DNA from: Gemmataceae bacterium
Lineage (GTDB): Bacteria; Planctomycetota; Planctomycetia; Gemmatales; Gemmataceae
Direction of reading: 5' to 3'
DNA: 25,518 nucleotides
Assembly (NCBI GenBank): GCA_947474875.1
Contig: CANJKY010000001.1
Span: 1 to 25,518 of the forward strand
The translations under genes and the position numbers were made by a program. Shown here piece by piece: positions 1-8,526 of the stretch. Positions within the stretch are counted from its first letter, which is position 1. Each line of letters begins with the position of its first letter. The notes beneath the pieces are model-generated. The model was given only the letters and a program-made list of their open reading frames with translations. It did no database searches and was not told the DNA's origin.

Positions 1-562
1 CGGTGATCCGCCCGCCTGCCGGATGCGGACAGTTGCCGGTCGCACACCCGCCGGTGTCGCAGGCGTTCGTCCCGCACCCGTACTTGTTGGCCGTGTACGG
101 GAAGTACCACCGAATCGGAGCGTAGAACGGCCGCGGGGTACACAGCGGCACCCCGCTCGGGCACGGATGGAACCCGAGCCACGTCTTCAGCCGGTCGAGC
201 AGCGTGCCCCGCGGCCCGCACCCGGCCGCCGGCCGCGGCAGCAGCCCCGGCGACAGCAGGTTGAAGTGCGGGCGGGTCGTCGGCCCGCAGGTGTCGCACC
301 CGGCCGGCGGCGGGGTGAAGCTGGTCGGGCCGTAGTGCGTCGGGACGGCGCCACTGGAGGGCTGCACCGCGCCCGTCGCCGACCACCGCGTCGGGGTGCT
401 GACCAGCGCCGGGGCCGGGGCGGGCGTCGCCGCCGCGTCCTGCACCACGCTCGGCAGCGGCCGGCTCAGGCTGGACCCCGGAGGGTTGACCGACACCGGA
501 TCGCCCGCCACCGCCGCCACCGACACCGCCATGCCAACACCGAGCGCGAGGAAGCGTTTCAC
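1..562 (-). CDS. Secreted Pro/Cys/Gly-rich hypothetical protein, 3' end runs off the left edge (absent from the ORF track)
   Basis: GTG start at 562 with GGAGG 5 nt upstream. The frame is open for 187 codons to the window edge with GC-rich third positions. Translation MKRFLALGVGMAVSVAAVAGDP... is signal-peptide-like, followed by GCDTCG and GCGTNACDTGGCATGNCP clusters. Confidence 0.75.
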   Translation of the reverse strand, partial: MKRFLALGVGMAVSVAAVAGDPVSVNPPGSSLSRPLPSVVQDAAATPAPAPALVSTPTRWSATGAVQPSSGAVPTHYGPTSFTPPPAGCDTCGPTTRPHFNLLSPGLLPRPAAGCGPRGTLLDRLKTWLGFHPCPSGVPLCTPRPFYAPIRWYFPYTANKYGCGTNACDTGGCATGNCPHPAGGRIT

Positions 563-792
563 GGTGGCCTCCGTGCCATTTCCGGGAGTGAGTTTGTGGG
601 GGTTGAATCGACCGGACAACCGGCACAACCGGCGAGGGAGGCAGGATCAGGGTGAATAAGCTGATCTGCGGGACGTAACAACCGGCACAGGTTCGCCAGA
701 TTGCCGAGTCGAGCGGACCACCGGTCGGGCTTGATCCCGCACGACTGTTCGGCCATACGCACGACGTTCCCGCGGATGTTCGAGGGGCGGCG

Positions 793-1590
793 ATGTTCCG
801 TGGTCAATCCCGGCGGGCGTCGGTTCTGTTGATCGGAGTAATCGCCACCTCGCTCACAGGGTGCGGGCTGTTTCACGAGTACCGGCCGATGCGGGTTCTC
901 GTCCGGGACGCGCAGACCAAACAGCCGCTACAGGGGGCCGAGATCGAGGGCTGGAACATGGTCATGTTGGACGTGTTCGGCCCGAGCAGCCCGCACGGCA
1001 CCACGGACGCCAACGGTGTGGCTACCCTGAAGATCGGCCCGGAGCGAGGCTTCAACCTCCGCGTCGATGAGCCGGGGTACGAGATGACCGACCACCGCGA
1101 GGAAAGCAGCTATTTCAACACGCTGCCGAATCGCGGCGGGCCGGGCGACGACCCGAAGCGGATCGACGTGGTGATGGACCTGCCGCGGAGGCACGGGACC
1201 ACCGTCGTCGTGGTCGTACCGGACGGCTACCGCGGGTTGGTGCGGGTGAAGTTCGAGCCGACCAACGACCCACCGGACCCTACGAAGCATATCTACACGG
1301 TGATGGCGGACGCGTCCGGCCGGGCGGTGGTGCGGGTGCCCGAAATTTCCCTGTCCCGCGACATCGCCGCCCGGTACCGCAGCGGGAAGAAGGTGCCGTG
1401 GGACGGGAACAGCCCGAACTCGGAACGGGTCGCCATTCGGTATCTGGCGGAGACCCTGGACACCAGCCTGTGTCTGATCGGCACCGGACCCGAAGCCGAG
1501 GAACACGACCAGCAGATTCGGAAGCAGAAACCGGACGGGCGACGGGAGTTGGATCAGGCGGCCTACGACCGGCTTTTCCGACAGCGTTGA
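793..1590 (+). CDS. Predicted lipoprotein with an N-terminal carboxypeptidase-regulatory-like beta domain
   Basis: Basic N-terminus, hydrophobic stretch and lipobox SLTG-C. The segment VLVRDAQTKQPLQGAEI...GTTDANGVATL resembles the carboxypeptidase regulatory-like fold. Confidence 0.65.
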   Translation: MFRGQSRRASVLLIGVIATSLTGCGLFHEYRPMRVLVRDAQTKQPLQGAEIEGWNMVMLDVFGPSSPHGTTDANGVATLKIGPERGFNLRVDEPGYEMTDHREESSYFNTLPNRGGPGDDPKRIDVVMDLPRRHGTTVVVVVPDGYRGLVRVKFEPTNDPPDPTKHIYTVMADASGRAVVRVPEISLSRDIAARYRSGKKVPWDGNSPNSERVAIRYLAETLDTSLCLIGTGPEAEEHDQQIRKQKPDGRRELDQAAYDRLFRQR

Positions 1591-1640
1591 ACGGCCGGCC
1601 ACCGACACCGCCGGAACCCGGGTGCGAGCGGCGGGTCTCG

Positions 1641-2048
1641 TCACCCCTTCCCCATCGGCCAACTCGCGTTCTGCAACACCACGCGGTAGCCGTCCGGGTC
1701 CTCGAACGTCTGGCCGTGCCGGTCCCAGTACGGGTTGAACGCCGGCACCGCCCGGTGCCCGGCCCGCTCCATCCGCTCCACCGCCGTCCGCCAGTCGGCC
1801 GCGTCTGGCAGGTAGAACACCAGCAGGTTGTCCGGCGTCGGGGCGCGGCCGGCGGGATGTCCGGCTTTGTGGGTGAACTCCAGGTGGTACCCCGCCCCCG
1901 GGTGGCCGAGCATCACCCCGTCGAACCCGTCGTGGTCGCGGAACTCGGCCAGTACCTCGAACCCGAGCGCGTCGCGGTAGAACCGCACCACCGCGGCCAG
2001 GTCGTCGGTCGGCCGGGCCACCCGCAGGTGGGCGTGCGTCGGGAGCAT
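1641..2048 (-). CDS. VOC/glyoxalase family protein (YycE-like)
   Basis: HLRVARPTDDL...FYRDALGF, YHLEFT and FEDPDGYRVVL motifs; GGAGG RBS upstream. Confidence 0.85.
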   Translation of the reverse strand: MLPTHAHLRVARPTDDLAAVVRFYRDALGFEVLAEFRDHDGFDGVMLGHPGAGYHLEFTHKAGHPAGRAPTPDNLLVFYLPDAADWRTAVERMERAGHRAVPAFNPYWDRHGQTFEDPDGYRVVLQNASWPMGKG

Positions 2049-2063
2049 CGTCCGCCTCCGGAC

Positions 2064-2132
2064 TTCTTCCGTGGCACCGGCGGCCCGCCGGTGATTTCAG
2101 ATCACCGGCGGGCCGCCGGTGCCACGGAAGAA
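2064..2132. repeat. REPIN-like perfect inverted repeat (GTGG-tagged arms)
   Basis: 32-nt arm TTCTTCCGTGGCACCGGCGGCCCGCCGGTGAT (2064-2095), 5-nt loop, exact reverse complement (2101-2132). Each arm contains GTGG followed by the hairpin CACCGGCG-GCC-CGCCGGTG. Confidence 0.85.
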
Positions 2133-2136
2133 ATAA

Positions 2137-3045
2137 TCACTCCATCCCCGGCAGGGGGCGTTGCACCGCGCGGACGACTTTCCTCACCGGGCGGGTGGCT
2201 CGCGGGCGGCCGGTGCGATCCGTCAGCGGCACGCTCGCCGCCGGCCGGTGCTGCGAGGCGGTGACGACCACCGCGTTCGACCCCACCTCCGCCAGCGCCG
2301 CCCGCCCTGCGGCGGCGGCCAGCTCCGGGGTGTTGCAGTCGCGGCTCAGGTGCAGTTGCACCACCGCCGTCAGCCCGCCGGGTTCGTCCGCCGTCGCCAG
2401 CGCCGCCACCGCGTCCGCCGCCTGCCGGTTCGACAGGTGCCCGTAGTCGCTCAGCACCCGCTCCACCAGGTGCCGCGGGCGGCGGCTGGCCCGCTCCATC
2501 GTCACGTCGTGGTTGAACTCGACGGCCAACACGTCCACCCCGGCGAACAGGGCGAACAGCTCGTCCGGCACCCGGCCCAGGTCGGACGCCAGCCCGAAAC
2601 TCCACGCGGGGGATTTCACGTCCCCGGCGTCCACCCGTAGGGCGAACGTGGGGGAGCTGTCGTGCGGCACCTCCACCGCCCGCAGGGTGATGCCGGGGGC
2701 GAGTGGTAGTGGGGTGTCGGCGGCGTACTCCCGCACCAGGCCGGCGCGGGCGAGCGGGCCGTACTGGGCGGTGGCGGCCAGCGCGTCGTGGTGCCGGCGG
2801 TGGGCGAACACCGGGATGTTCAGCCGGCGGAGTTGCTCGAACGTGTACCGGTTCCAGTGGTCGGTGTGGGTGTGGGTGAGGACGACGGCGTGGACCTGTT
2901 GCCACGAGGCGCCGACCGCCTGCAGCCGGCCGGACAGGTCTTGCGGGCCGAGGCCGCAGTCGAGCAGCACGCCGACCCCGCCGGCCTGGAGGAGGGTGGC
3001 GTTGCCGGAACTGCCACTGGCGAGCACCGTGAGCCGGTCGGTCAT
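2137..3045 (-). CDS. MBL-fold metallo-hydrolase (YycJ/WalJ-like)
   Basis: LASGSSGNAT N-terminus, HTHTDH metal motif, VPHD, SDYGHLSN and HLSRDCN, as in YycJ-like MBL hydrolases. Confidence 0.88.
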   Translation of the reverse strand: MTDRLTVLASGSSGNATLLQAGGVGVLLDCGLGPQDLSGRLQAVGASWQQVHAVVLTHTHTDHWNRYTFEQLRRLNIPVFAHRRHHDALAATAQYGPLARAGLVREYAADTPLPLAPGITLRAVEVPHDSSPTFALRVDAGDVKSPAWSFGLASDLGRVPDELFALFAGVDVLAVEFNHDVTMERASRRPRHLVERVLSDYGHLSNRQAADAVAALATADEPGGLTAVVQLHLSRDCNTPELAAAAGRAALAEVGSNAVVVTASQHRPAASVPLTDRTGRPRATRPVRKVVRAVQRPLPGME

Positions 3046-3145
3046 GAAACGTGGCCGGGGGTGAAGGGCGTGTGAAGAACTGTACCCGGCCGGGGGCGGG
3101 GGTGGGAAGGGCGGTCGCGGGAATGAGTGTGCCTACCACTCTCAG

Positions 3146-4675
3146 TCAGTTGGCGAATCCGATCACCGCCCGCACCGCCTTCCGCCACGTGGTCAGCTTG
3201 CGGTCGCGGTCGGCGGCGGGCATCGCCGGCTCGAACCGCTGCCCCGCCGCCAGCAGCGACCGCAGCTTCGCCTCGTCCGTCAGCCCGGCTCCGACGCCGG
3301 CCAGGAACGCCGCCCCCAGTGCCGTCGATTCACTCTGGGCGGCGCGGACCACCGGCCGGCCGAGCACGTCCGCCTGGAACTGCAGGAACCAGTCGTTGCG
3401 GGCCATGCCGCCGTCCACGCGGAGCGGGGAGTCTTGTAGCCGCGACCCAGCGGGGAGCGCGTTCGGCCCCGACGCGCTCCCCGCTGGGTCGCGGCTACTA
3501 GATGCCTCCACCAAATCCGCCACCTGATACGCCACACCTTCCAGCGCCGCCCGCGCCAGGTCCGCGGCGGTCGTGGCCCTCGTCAGGCCGAAGATCGCTC
3601 CACGGGCCTCCGGCACCCAGTGCGGGGCGCCCAGCCCGACGAACCCGGGCACGAACAGTACCGGCTCGGCCGGGTTCGACTCCTTCGCCAGCCGCTCGGA
3701 CTCGGCCGCCGAGGTGAACAGGTGCAGGCCGTCGCGGAGCCACTGTACGGCGGCGCCGGCCACGAACACCGCCCCTTCCAGGGCGTACTGCGGTTTGGTG
3801 TCGGTCATCGCCGCCACGGTGGTGAGTAGCCGGTTGGCGGACGACACCGGGGTGTCACCGGTGTGCAGCAGGTAGAACGCGCCGGTGCCGTAGGTGCATT
3901 TCCCCTCGCCGGGGGCGAAGCACCCCTGGCCGTACAGCGCCGCCTGCTGGTCTCCGGCGATACCGCGGATGGGGATGCCATCAGGCAGGAAGTCCAGCCC
4001 CTTCGTGACGCCGAACGCGGCGGCGGACGGCTTCACCTCCGGCAGCAGCGACCGCGGCACGCCGAAATAGCGGAGGAGTTCATCGTCCCATTGCAGGGTG
4101 TGGATGTTGAACAGCAGGGTGCGGCTGGCGTTGGTCGTGTCGGTGGCGTGGCTCGCCCCGCCGGTCAGTCGCCAGACGAGGAACGAGTCGATCGTTCCGG
4201 CCGCCACTTCGCCCCGCTCGGCCGCCACCTTCACCGCCGGATTTGCTTCGAGCAGCCACCGCAGCTTCGTTCCGCTGAAGTACGGGTCCAGCACCAAGCC
4301 GGTCTTCGGCGTGAGCCACGGCTGGTCGGCCGCCCGCTCGCGGCAGAAGTCGGTCGTCCGCCGGTCCTGCCAGACGATCGCCCGGCCGACGGGCCGGCCG
4401 GTGGTGCGGCCCCACACCACGATGGTTTCGCGCTGGTTGGTGATGCCGACGGCGGCGACATCACTTCCCGATTTGCCGGCGTTCGCCAGCGCCTCGCGGA
4501 CGGTGCGGGCGACCGAGTACCAGATGTCTTCCGGTTCGTGTTCGACCCACCCGTCCTTCGGGTAGTGCTGCTCGATCTCCTGCTGGGCCGAGCCGAGGAC
4601 GGCGAACGTGCCGGGGTCGAACACGACCGCCCGGGACGAGGTGGTGCCCTGGTCGATGGCGAGGAGGACGGTCAT
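3146..4675 (-). CDS. glpK: Glycerol kinase (FGGY family) carrying an in-frame palindromic insertion
   Basis: AIDQGTTSSR, GITNQRET, WQDRR, DPYFSGTK, TDTTNASRT, GDQQAAL, KCTYGTG and RVDGG motifs. True start is ATG 4675 (MTVLL), not the 5938 start in the ORF track. Confidence 0.97.
   Translation of the reverse strand: MTVLLAIDQGTTSSRAVVFDPGTFAVLGSAQQEIEQHYPKDGWVEHEPEDIWYSVARTVREALANAGKSGSDVAAVGITNQRETIVVWGRTTGRPVGRAIVWQDRRTTDFCRERAADQPWLTPKTGLVLDPYFSGTKLRWLLEANPAVKVAAERGEVAAGTIDSFLVWRLTGGASHATDTTNASRTLLFNIHTLQWDDELLRYFGVPRSLLPEVKPSAAAFGVTKGLDFLPDGIPIRGIAGDQQAALYGQGCFAPGEGKCTYGTGAFYLLHTGDTPVSSANRLLTTVAAMTDTKPQYALEGAVFVAGAAVQWLRDGLHLFTSAAESERLAKESNPAEPVLFVPGFVGLGAPHWVPEARGAIFGLTRATTAADLARAALEGVAYQVADLVEASSSRDPAGSASGPNALPAGSRLQDSPLRVDGGMARNDWFLQFQADVLGRPVVRAAQSESTALGAAFLAGVGAGLTDEAKLRSLLAAGQRFEPAMPAADRDRKLTTWRKAVRAVIGFAN
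3436..3498. repeat. GTAG-tagged REPIN-like palindrome (family A), inside glpK
   Basis: 27-nt arm GTAGCCGCGACCCAGCGGGGAGCGCGT (3436-3462), 9-nt loop, exact reverse complement (3472-3498). Total 63 nt. Sister copies at 20980 and 25474. Confidence 0.93.
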
Positions 4676-4704
4676 GGGGGAGGCCCGGCGGGAGCGGGGG
4701 TGCG

Positions 4705-7371
4705 TTACATCTTCACCACTTCGCGGGTGAAGTCCTCGGTCTTGGCGTACACCGTCAGCAGGGTGTCGCCGATCTCGAAGAACGTGCCCTCGCGTTCGTC
4801 CTTGCTCAGCGCCAGGTCCGGGTACTTGGCCGAGATCTGGTCCGCGGTCTGGGCCGGCACGTCCAGTTCGTCCGGTAGCAGGCCGGTGCTGCCGATGTAG
4901 AACACCAGCGCGCTCAGCCGGTCGCGGAACAACTTCTCCTGCTGCGCTTCCAGCTTCTTGCGGGCGTCGGTCAGGGCGGCCACGAACGCCTTCTTGTCCG
5001 GCTCGTCGCCCCGCAGCCGCGCCTGCACGATCTTCGCCAGGTCCTTCGCCCCCACCTCTTCGAGCAACTGCACCGTCACCCCGGTCGGCTTCAGCCCGAG
5101 GAACTCGTCGAAGTAGTCCTTCATCAGCTCGTCCACCTTCGTCACCTTCACGCGGGCAGAGAGCGTCTTGAACCCGTACTTCCAGCCGCCGTTCACCGCG
5201 TCCTCGAACTTCGGCTTCTCCACCGGCACCCCGTTCGCCTTCACCTCGTACATCCGCTCCAGGAACTTGTTCGCCGAGTGCAGCTTGCCCAGGTTCAGGA
5301 TGTGCCGGTTGCCGATGTCGATCTTGTAGCTGGTGCGGGTGTCCAGGGTGCCGTTGCTGAGCGCGGTCAGCCGGTCGGTGTACGGCACGGTGGTGGGGAA
5401 GTTGAGGAATAGGCTCTTGCTCAGGTAGTGCTTCTTCAGGTCCTCCACCTGCTCCGGGGTGAAGTCCTCGGCCGCCTCCTTCAGGTGGGCGGCGCACAGG
5501 CTGGCCAGGATCTTCAGCCCGCACAGGTGGTCGTACACGCCGGTGAAGTCGGGGGTGCCGGCGAACGGCGGGACGAGCGGCAGTTGGTCCAGCCGCAGCA
5601 GGTAGTCGGCCTTCGGGTCGTGCTTGCCGGCCGGGGTGCCGTCGGCGGCCTCCAGGATGCCTTCCTTCGCCAGCGCGTCGAACAGCTTCTTCCCGCTGAT
5701 CCGCACCTTCAGGGTCTGCACGTTCAGCTCGCCGTCGCCCACCAGGGTGTAGTTGTTGAACGTGCGGAGCTGGTCCAGCTTCACCCCGGCCACCTGCGAG
5801 ATCACCTCGTTGCCCTTCACCTTCACCAGTTTCACCCGCCGGGAGATGAGCATGTTCAGGGTGGCCGCGTTGCGGTTCACGTCGAAGCTGCTGACGCGGA
5901 CGTACTCGTCGTCGTCCACGTACTCGGTCTTCAGCCACGGCTCGGTCAGGTTGCCGTTCTCGTCGCGGGTGCCCTGCAGCCGCTTCACCCCGCGGCGGAC
6001 GTAGTGCTCCTGTAGGTACGGAAGGTTTACCAGGTAGTCACCGGCATTCTCCTCCAGCAGCTTGATCACGTTCACCAGCGGCATCCGCTTGTTCACCGGC
6101 ACCTGGCTGAGGATCTGGTGGCTTCCCAGTTCGCCCGGGTCACTCAGCAGCTTGTCCAGGTCGGTGGTCAGGGCGGCCACCTGTAGGTTCGTCAGCGCCT
6201 TGCCGTGCGCCAGCACCATCGTCGCATCGAACGCGCTGGCCAGGGCGTACTTGGCGGTGTTCAGGTTGCCCACCGCCAACTGCCCGCGGGCGAAGGCGTA
6301 CACCGCCTCGCTCGTCTGCACCTCCGGCACGTCCTTGAGCGCCTTGTACTCCTTCGCGTCCACCGGCCGGTACTGGTACACGGCCGCGTCGTGCTCCGGC
6401 TTGATGCCCATCACCTTCAGCCCGCCGGCCGCCCCGTTCACCCGCCCGGCGGCGTGGCTCACGAACACCTGGAACTCGCACCCCTTCGGCAGCGGCACCT
6501 CCACCGGCGGGGTGAGCGACGCGCCGAGCGTCCGGGTGTTCTCGTACAGGGTGTCGTACATGATCTTGATGTTGCCCGCCTTCACGCACGACCCGCCCAC
6601 GCTGTTCGCCACCCGCGACAGCAGGCGGAAGTCGGAATAGTCCGTGTACGCGATGGTGTTCACGAACACGTCCTTGCCCTGCAGCGTCTTGGTGAGCGCC
6701 ATCAGGCTGGTCACCTCGGCGTTGCTGGACGGGTCGTTGGCGTACCCGTCACTGTGTACGGTGATGCTGGTCAGCTCGCCGTCCCGCACCAGGCTCTCGG
6801 CCAGCCGCAGCCCGCCGGAGATGCACGTCAGGCACGTCGCCTCCAGCCGCTTGATCTGCTGCTGCTCCGGGCTGCCGGTCTTCATGATGTCGGCGATCGG
6901 CACCCGCTGGAAGTGGCAGGTGACGTCGCCCACGCTGCTGTACGAGATGAGCGTGACCACTAGGTTGAACCGCTTGTACTCGTCCAGGGTGAGCAGCTTG
7001 AGCAGGGTGTCCCGCACCTCCCGCATCTGCCCGTACATGCTGCCAGAGCGGTCCACCACGATGATGCTGTGGGCGATGGTCTTGGCCTTCGGATCCGGCT
7101 TGCCCCGTTCCAGTTCCACCCGATCGACCAGGTAGTACGCCCGCGGCTCGCCGAGCAGGTTGAACAGGGTGAACTTGGACCGGCCTTCGGGCACCGGCAG
7201 CGCCCCGGCGGACACCAGCTTCACCTTCGGGGCGACCGGCTTGCGGGTGGCGGGGGTCTTCGCCACCGCCTTCTTCGCTGCTGAGGCCGCGGGCTTCTTG
7301 GCGGGAGGTTTCTTCGCGGTGGGCTTGGCGGACTTCTTCGGCGCGGGCTTCTTGGCGGGCAGCTTCGCCAT
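4705..7371 (-). CDS. von Willebrand factor A domain protein with Lys/Ala/Pro-rich N-terminal tail and an unassigned C-terminal region
   Basis: IIVVDRSGSM (MIDAS DxSxS), downstream T (ATCLT) and HSDG. 888-aa ORF with strongly GC-biased third positions. Confidence 0.85.
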   Translation of the reverse strand: MAKLPAKKPAPKKSAKPTAKKPPAKKPAASAAKKAVAKTPATRKPVAPKVKLVSAGALPVPEGRSKFTLFNLLGEPRAYYLVDRVELERGKPDPKAKTIAHSIIVVDRSGSMYGQMREVRDTLLKLLTLDEYKRFNLVVTLISYSSVGDVTCHFQRVPIADIMKTGSPEQQQIKRLEATCLTCISGGLRLAESLVRDGELTSITVHSDGYANDPSSNAEVTSLMALTKTLQGKDVFVNTIAYTDYSDFRLLSRVANSVGGSCVKAGNIKIMYDTLYENTRTLGASLTPPVEVPLPKGCEFQVFVSHAAGRVNGAAGGLKVMGIKPEHDAAVYQYRPVDAKEYKALKDVPEVQTSEAVYAFARGQLAVGNLNTAKYALASAFDATMVLAHGKALTNLQVAALTTDLDKLLSDPGELGSHQILSQVPVNKRMPLVNVIKLLEENAGDYLVNLPYLQEHYVRRGVKRLQGTRDENGNLTEPWLKTEYVDDDEYVRVSSFDVNRNAATLNMLISRRVKLVKVKGNEVISQVAGVKLDQLRTFNNYTLVGDGELNVQTLKVRISGKKLFDALAKEGILEAADGTPAGKHDPKADYLLRLDQLPLVPPFAGTPDFTGVYDHLCGLKILASLCAAHLKEAAEDFTPEQVEDLKKHYLSKSLFLNFPTTVPYTDRLTALSNGTLDTRTSYKIDIGNRHILNLGKLHSANKFLERMYEVKANGVPVEKPKFEDAVNGGWKYGFKTLSARVKVTKVDELMKDYFDEFLGLKPTGVTVQLLEEVGAKDLAKIVQARLRGDEPDKKAFVAALTDARKKLEAQQEKLFRDRLSALVFYIGSTGLLPDELDVPAQTADQISAKYPDLALSKDEREGTFFEIGDTLLTVYAKTEDFTREVVKM

Positions 7372-7485
7372 CGACGAACCTCGTGTGCGGATGAGACCGT
7401 AGGTGACGGGAGGTGGTTGAGGGAGTTTAGCGATTCGCCCCCACCTGGGGGAAAGTCGGCAGGTGAGCCGGGGCGGATTTTGTGA

Positions 7486-7556
7486 GCCGCTCTTCGCCGC
7501 GACCTCCGGGAGCGGTTGGGCCTTGACCGCTCCCGGAGGTCGCGGCGAAGAGCGGC
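7486..7556. repeat. REPIN-like perfect inverted repeat (family D), possibly also a terminator
   Basis: 31-nt arm GCCGCTCTTCGCCGCGACCTCCGGGAGCGGT (7486-7516), 9-nt loop, exact reverse complement (7526-7556). Lies 1 nt after the stop codon of the upstream minus-strand gene. Confidence 0.88.
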
Positions 7557-7557
7557 G

Positions 7558-8526
7558 TCACAGCCCCAGCCGCTCCCGCACCCACCCGGCCACCGCTTCG
7601 GCGTCCGCCTGTTCGGGGTACTCGGCGAACGGGATCTCGATCGGGCCGGGGTGCGTCGGGTCGAGCACCAGCGTGGGCATGAACACCGGCCGCACGCTCC
7701 GCCTCGTCCGCCGGGTGGCCGTCCGCACGTCGATGTCTCGCACCGCCGATCGCGGCACGGTGGTCGTCACCCGCCCGGTCGGGGAGGTGGGCACCGTGAG
7801 CGAATCCAGCCCCTCGACCACCGCCCGCGGCACCCGGAACCGCCACGCGAGCAGCCCGCACGCCACCAGGATGCCCGCCCAGATGCCGCCGTCCGCCGCC
7901 CACGACACCGGCACCCCGCCCCAGTCGTGGACCCCGAGGATGACCACGAAAATGCCGGCGAACGACAGCCCGAGCAGGGCAGCTGCGAACACCCCGGTCG
8001 GCCCCAGCCCGTTCAGCCGGGCGGCGTACCCGTCGGCCGTCGGCCGCACGTCGCGGGCCGGGTCGAACTGTCGCCGGCGAGTGACCGCCGCCCACCACGC
8101 CCACCCAAGGCCGACGGCGATCACGTTGAACGGCGTGAGGGCGAGCAGCACCAGCAGCACGTCCGGCCTCAGCCCGGACACCAGCACCGCCTCGGCCGGG
8201 TCGGCCGGGTTGTAATGCACGGTGACGCGGGAGCCGACCGGTAGGGCGGCGTGAACCGCCCGCCACTTGCCGCTCGGCAGCAGGTGCGGGCCGGGCTGGT
8301 ACTCGCGACCGGTGAGTCGCTGCCCATCCACGGTGTAGGTGTACGCCAGGTCGAGGGACACCGACCCCTTCCGCCCGTGCCGCAGCTCGCTGCGGCTGAC
8401 GACGCCGTCGGTCGGCGTCCAGTCGGCCGAGCGGACCGCCGTGCGGACGCCGTAGGCGACGGCCGCGTCGGCCACCAGCACGAACCCGGCCCACACGAGA
8501 AAGAAGAGTGTGAGAAGAAACCGCAT
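7558..8526 (-). CDS. DUF3592-like membrane protein
   Basis: N-terminal TM segment, then W..T.GVV..S...Y.YTVDG...V.VHYNPADP.EAVL, a pattern typical of DUF3592, then further TM helices. Start ATG 8526 (MRFLL) is preferred over 8691. Confidence 0.75.
   Translation of the reverse strand: MRFLLTLFFLVWAGFVLVADAAVAYGVRTAVRSADWTPTDGVVSRSELRHGRKGSVSLDLAYTYTVDGQRLTGREYQPGPHLLPSGKWRAVHAALPVGSRVTVHYNPADPAEAVLVSGLRPDVLLVLLALTPFNVIAVGLGWAWWAAVTRRRQFDPARDVRPTADGYAARLNGLGPTGVFAAALLGLSFAGIFVVILGVHDWGGVPVSWAADGGIWAGILVACGLLAWRFRVPRAVVEGLDSLTVPTSPTGRVTTTVPRSAVRDIDVRTATRRTRRSVRPVFMPTLVLDPTHPGPIEIPFAEYPEQADAEAVAGWVRERLGL

Noticed and set aside
1641-3045. Adjacent YycE-like and YycJ-like genes as a relic of the Bacillus yyc/wal locus
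   Set aside because: No WalRK genes are present, and both are members of large, widespread families. The adjacency is probably coincidental.
3146-5938. 930-aa ORF suggesting a large N-terminal fusion to glycerol kinase
   Set aside because: The extra 420 aa are an Arg/Gly/Pro-rich alternative frame over the vWA gene. GlpK homology begins at ATG 4675.
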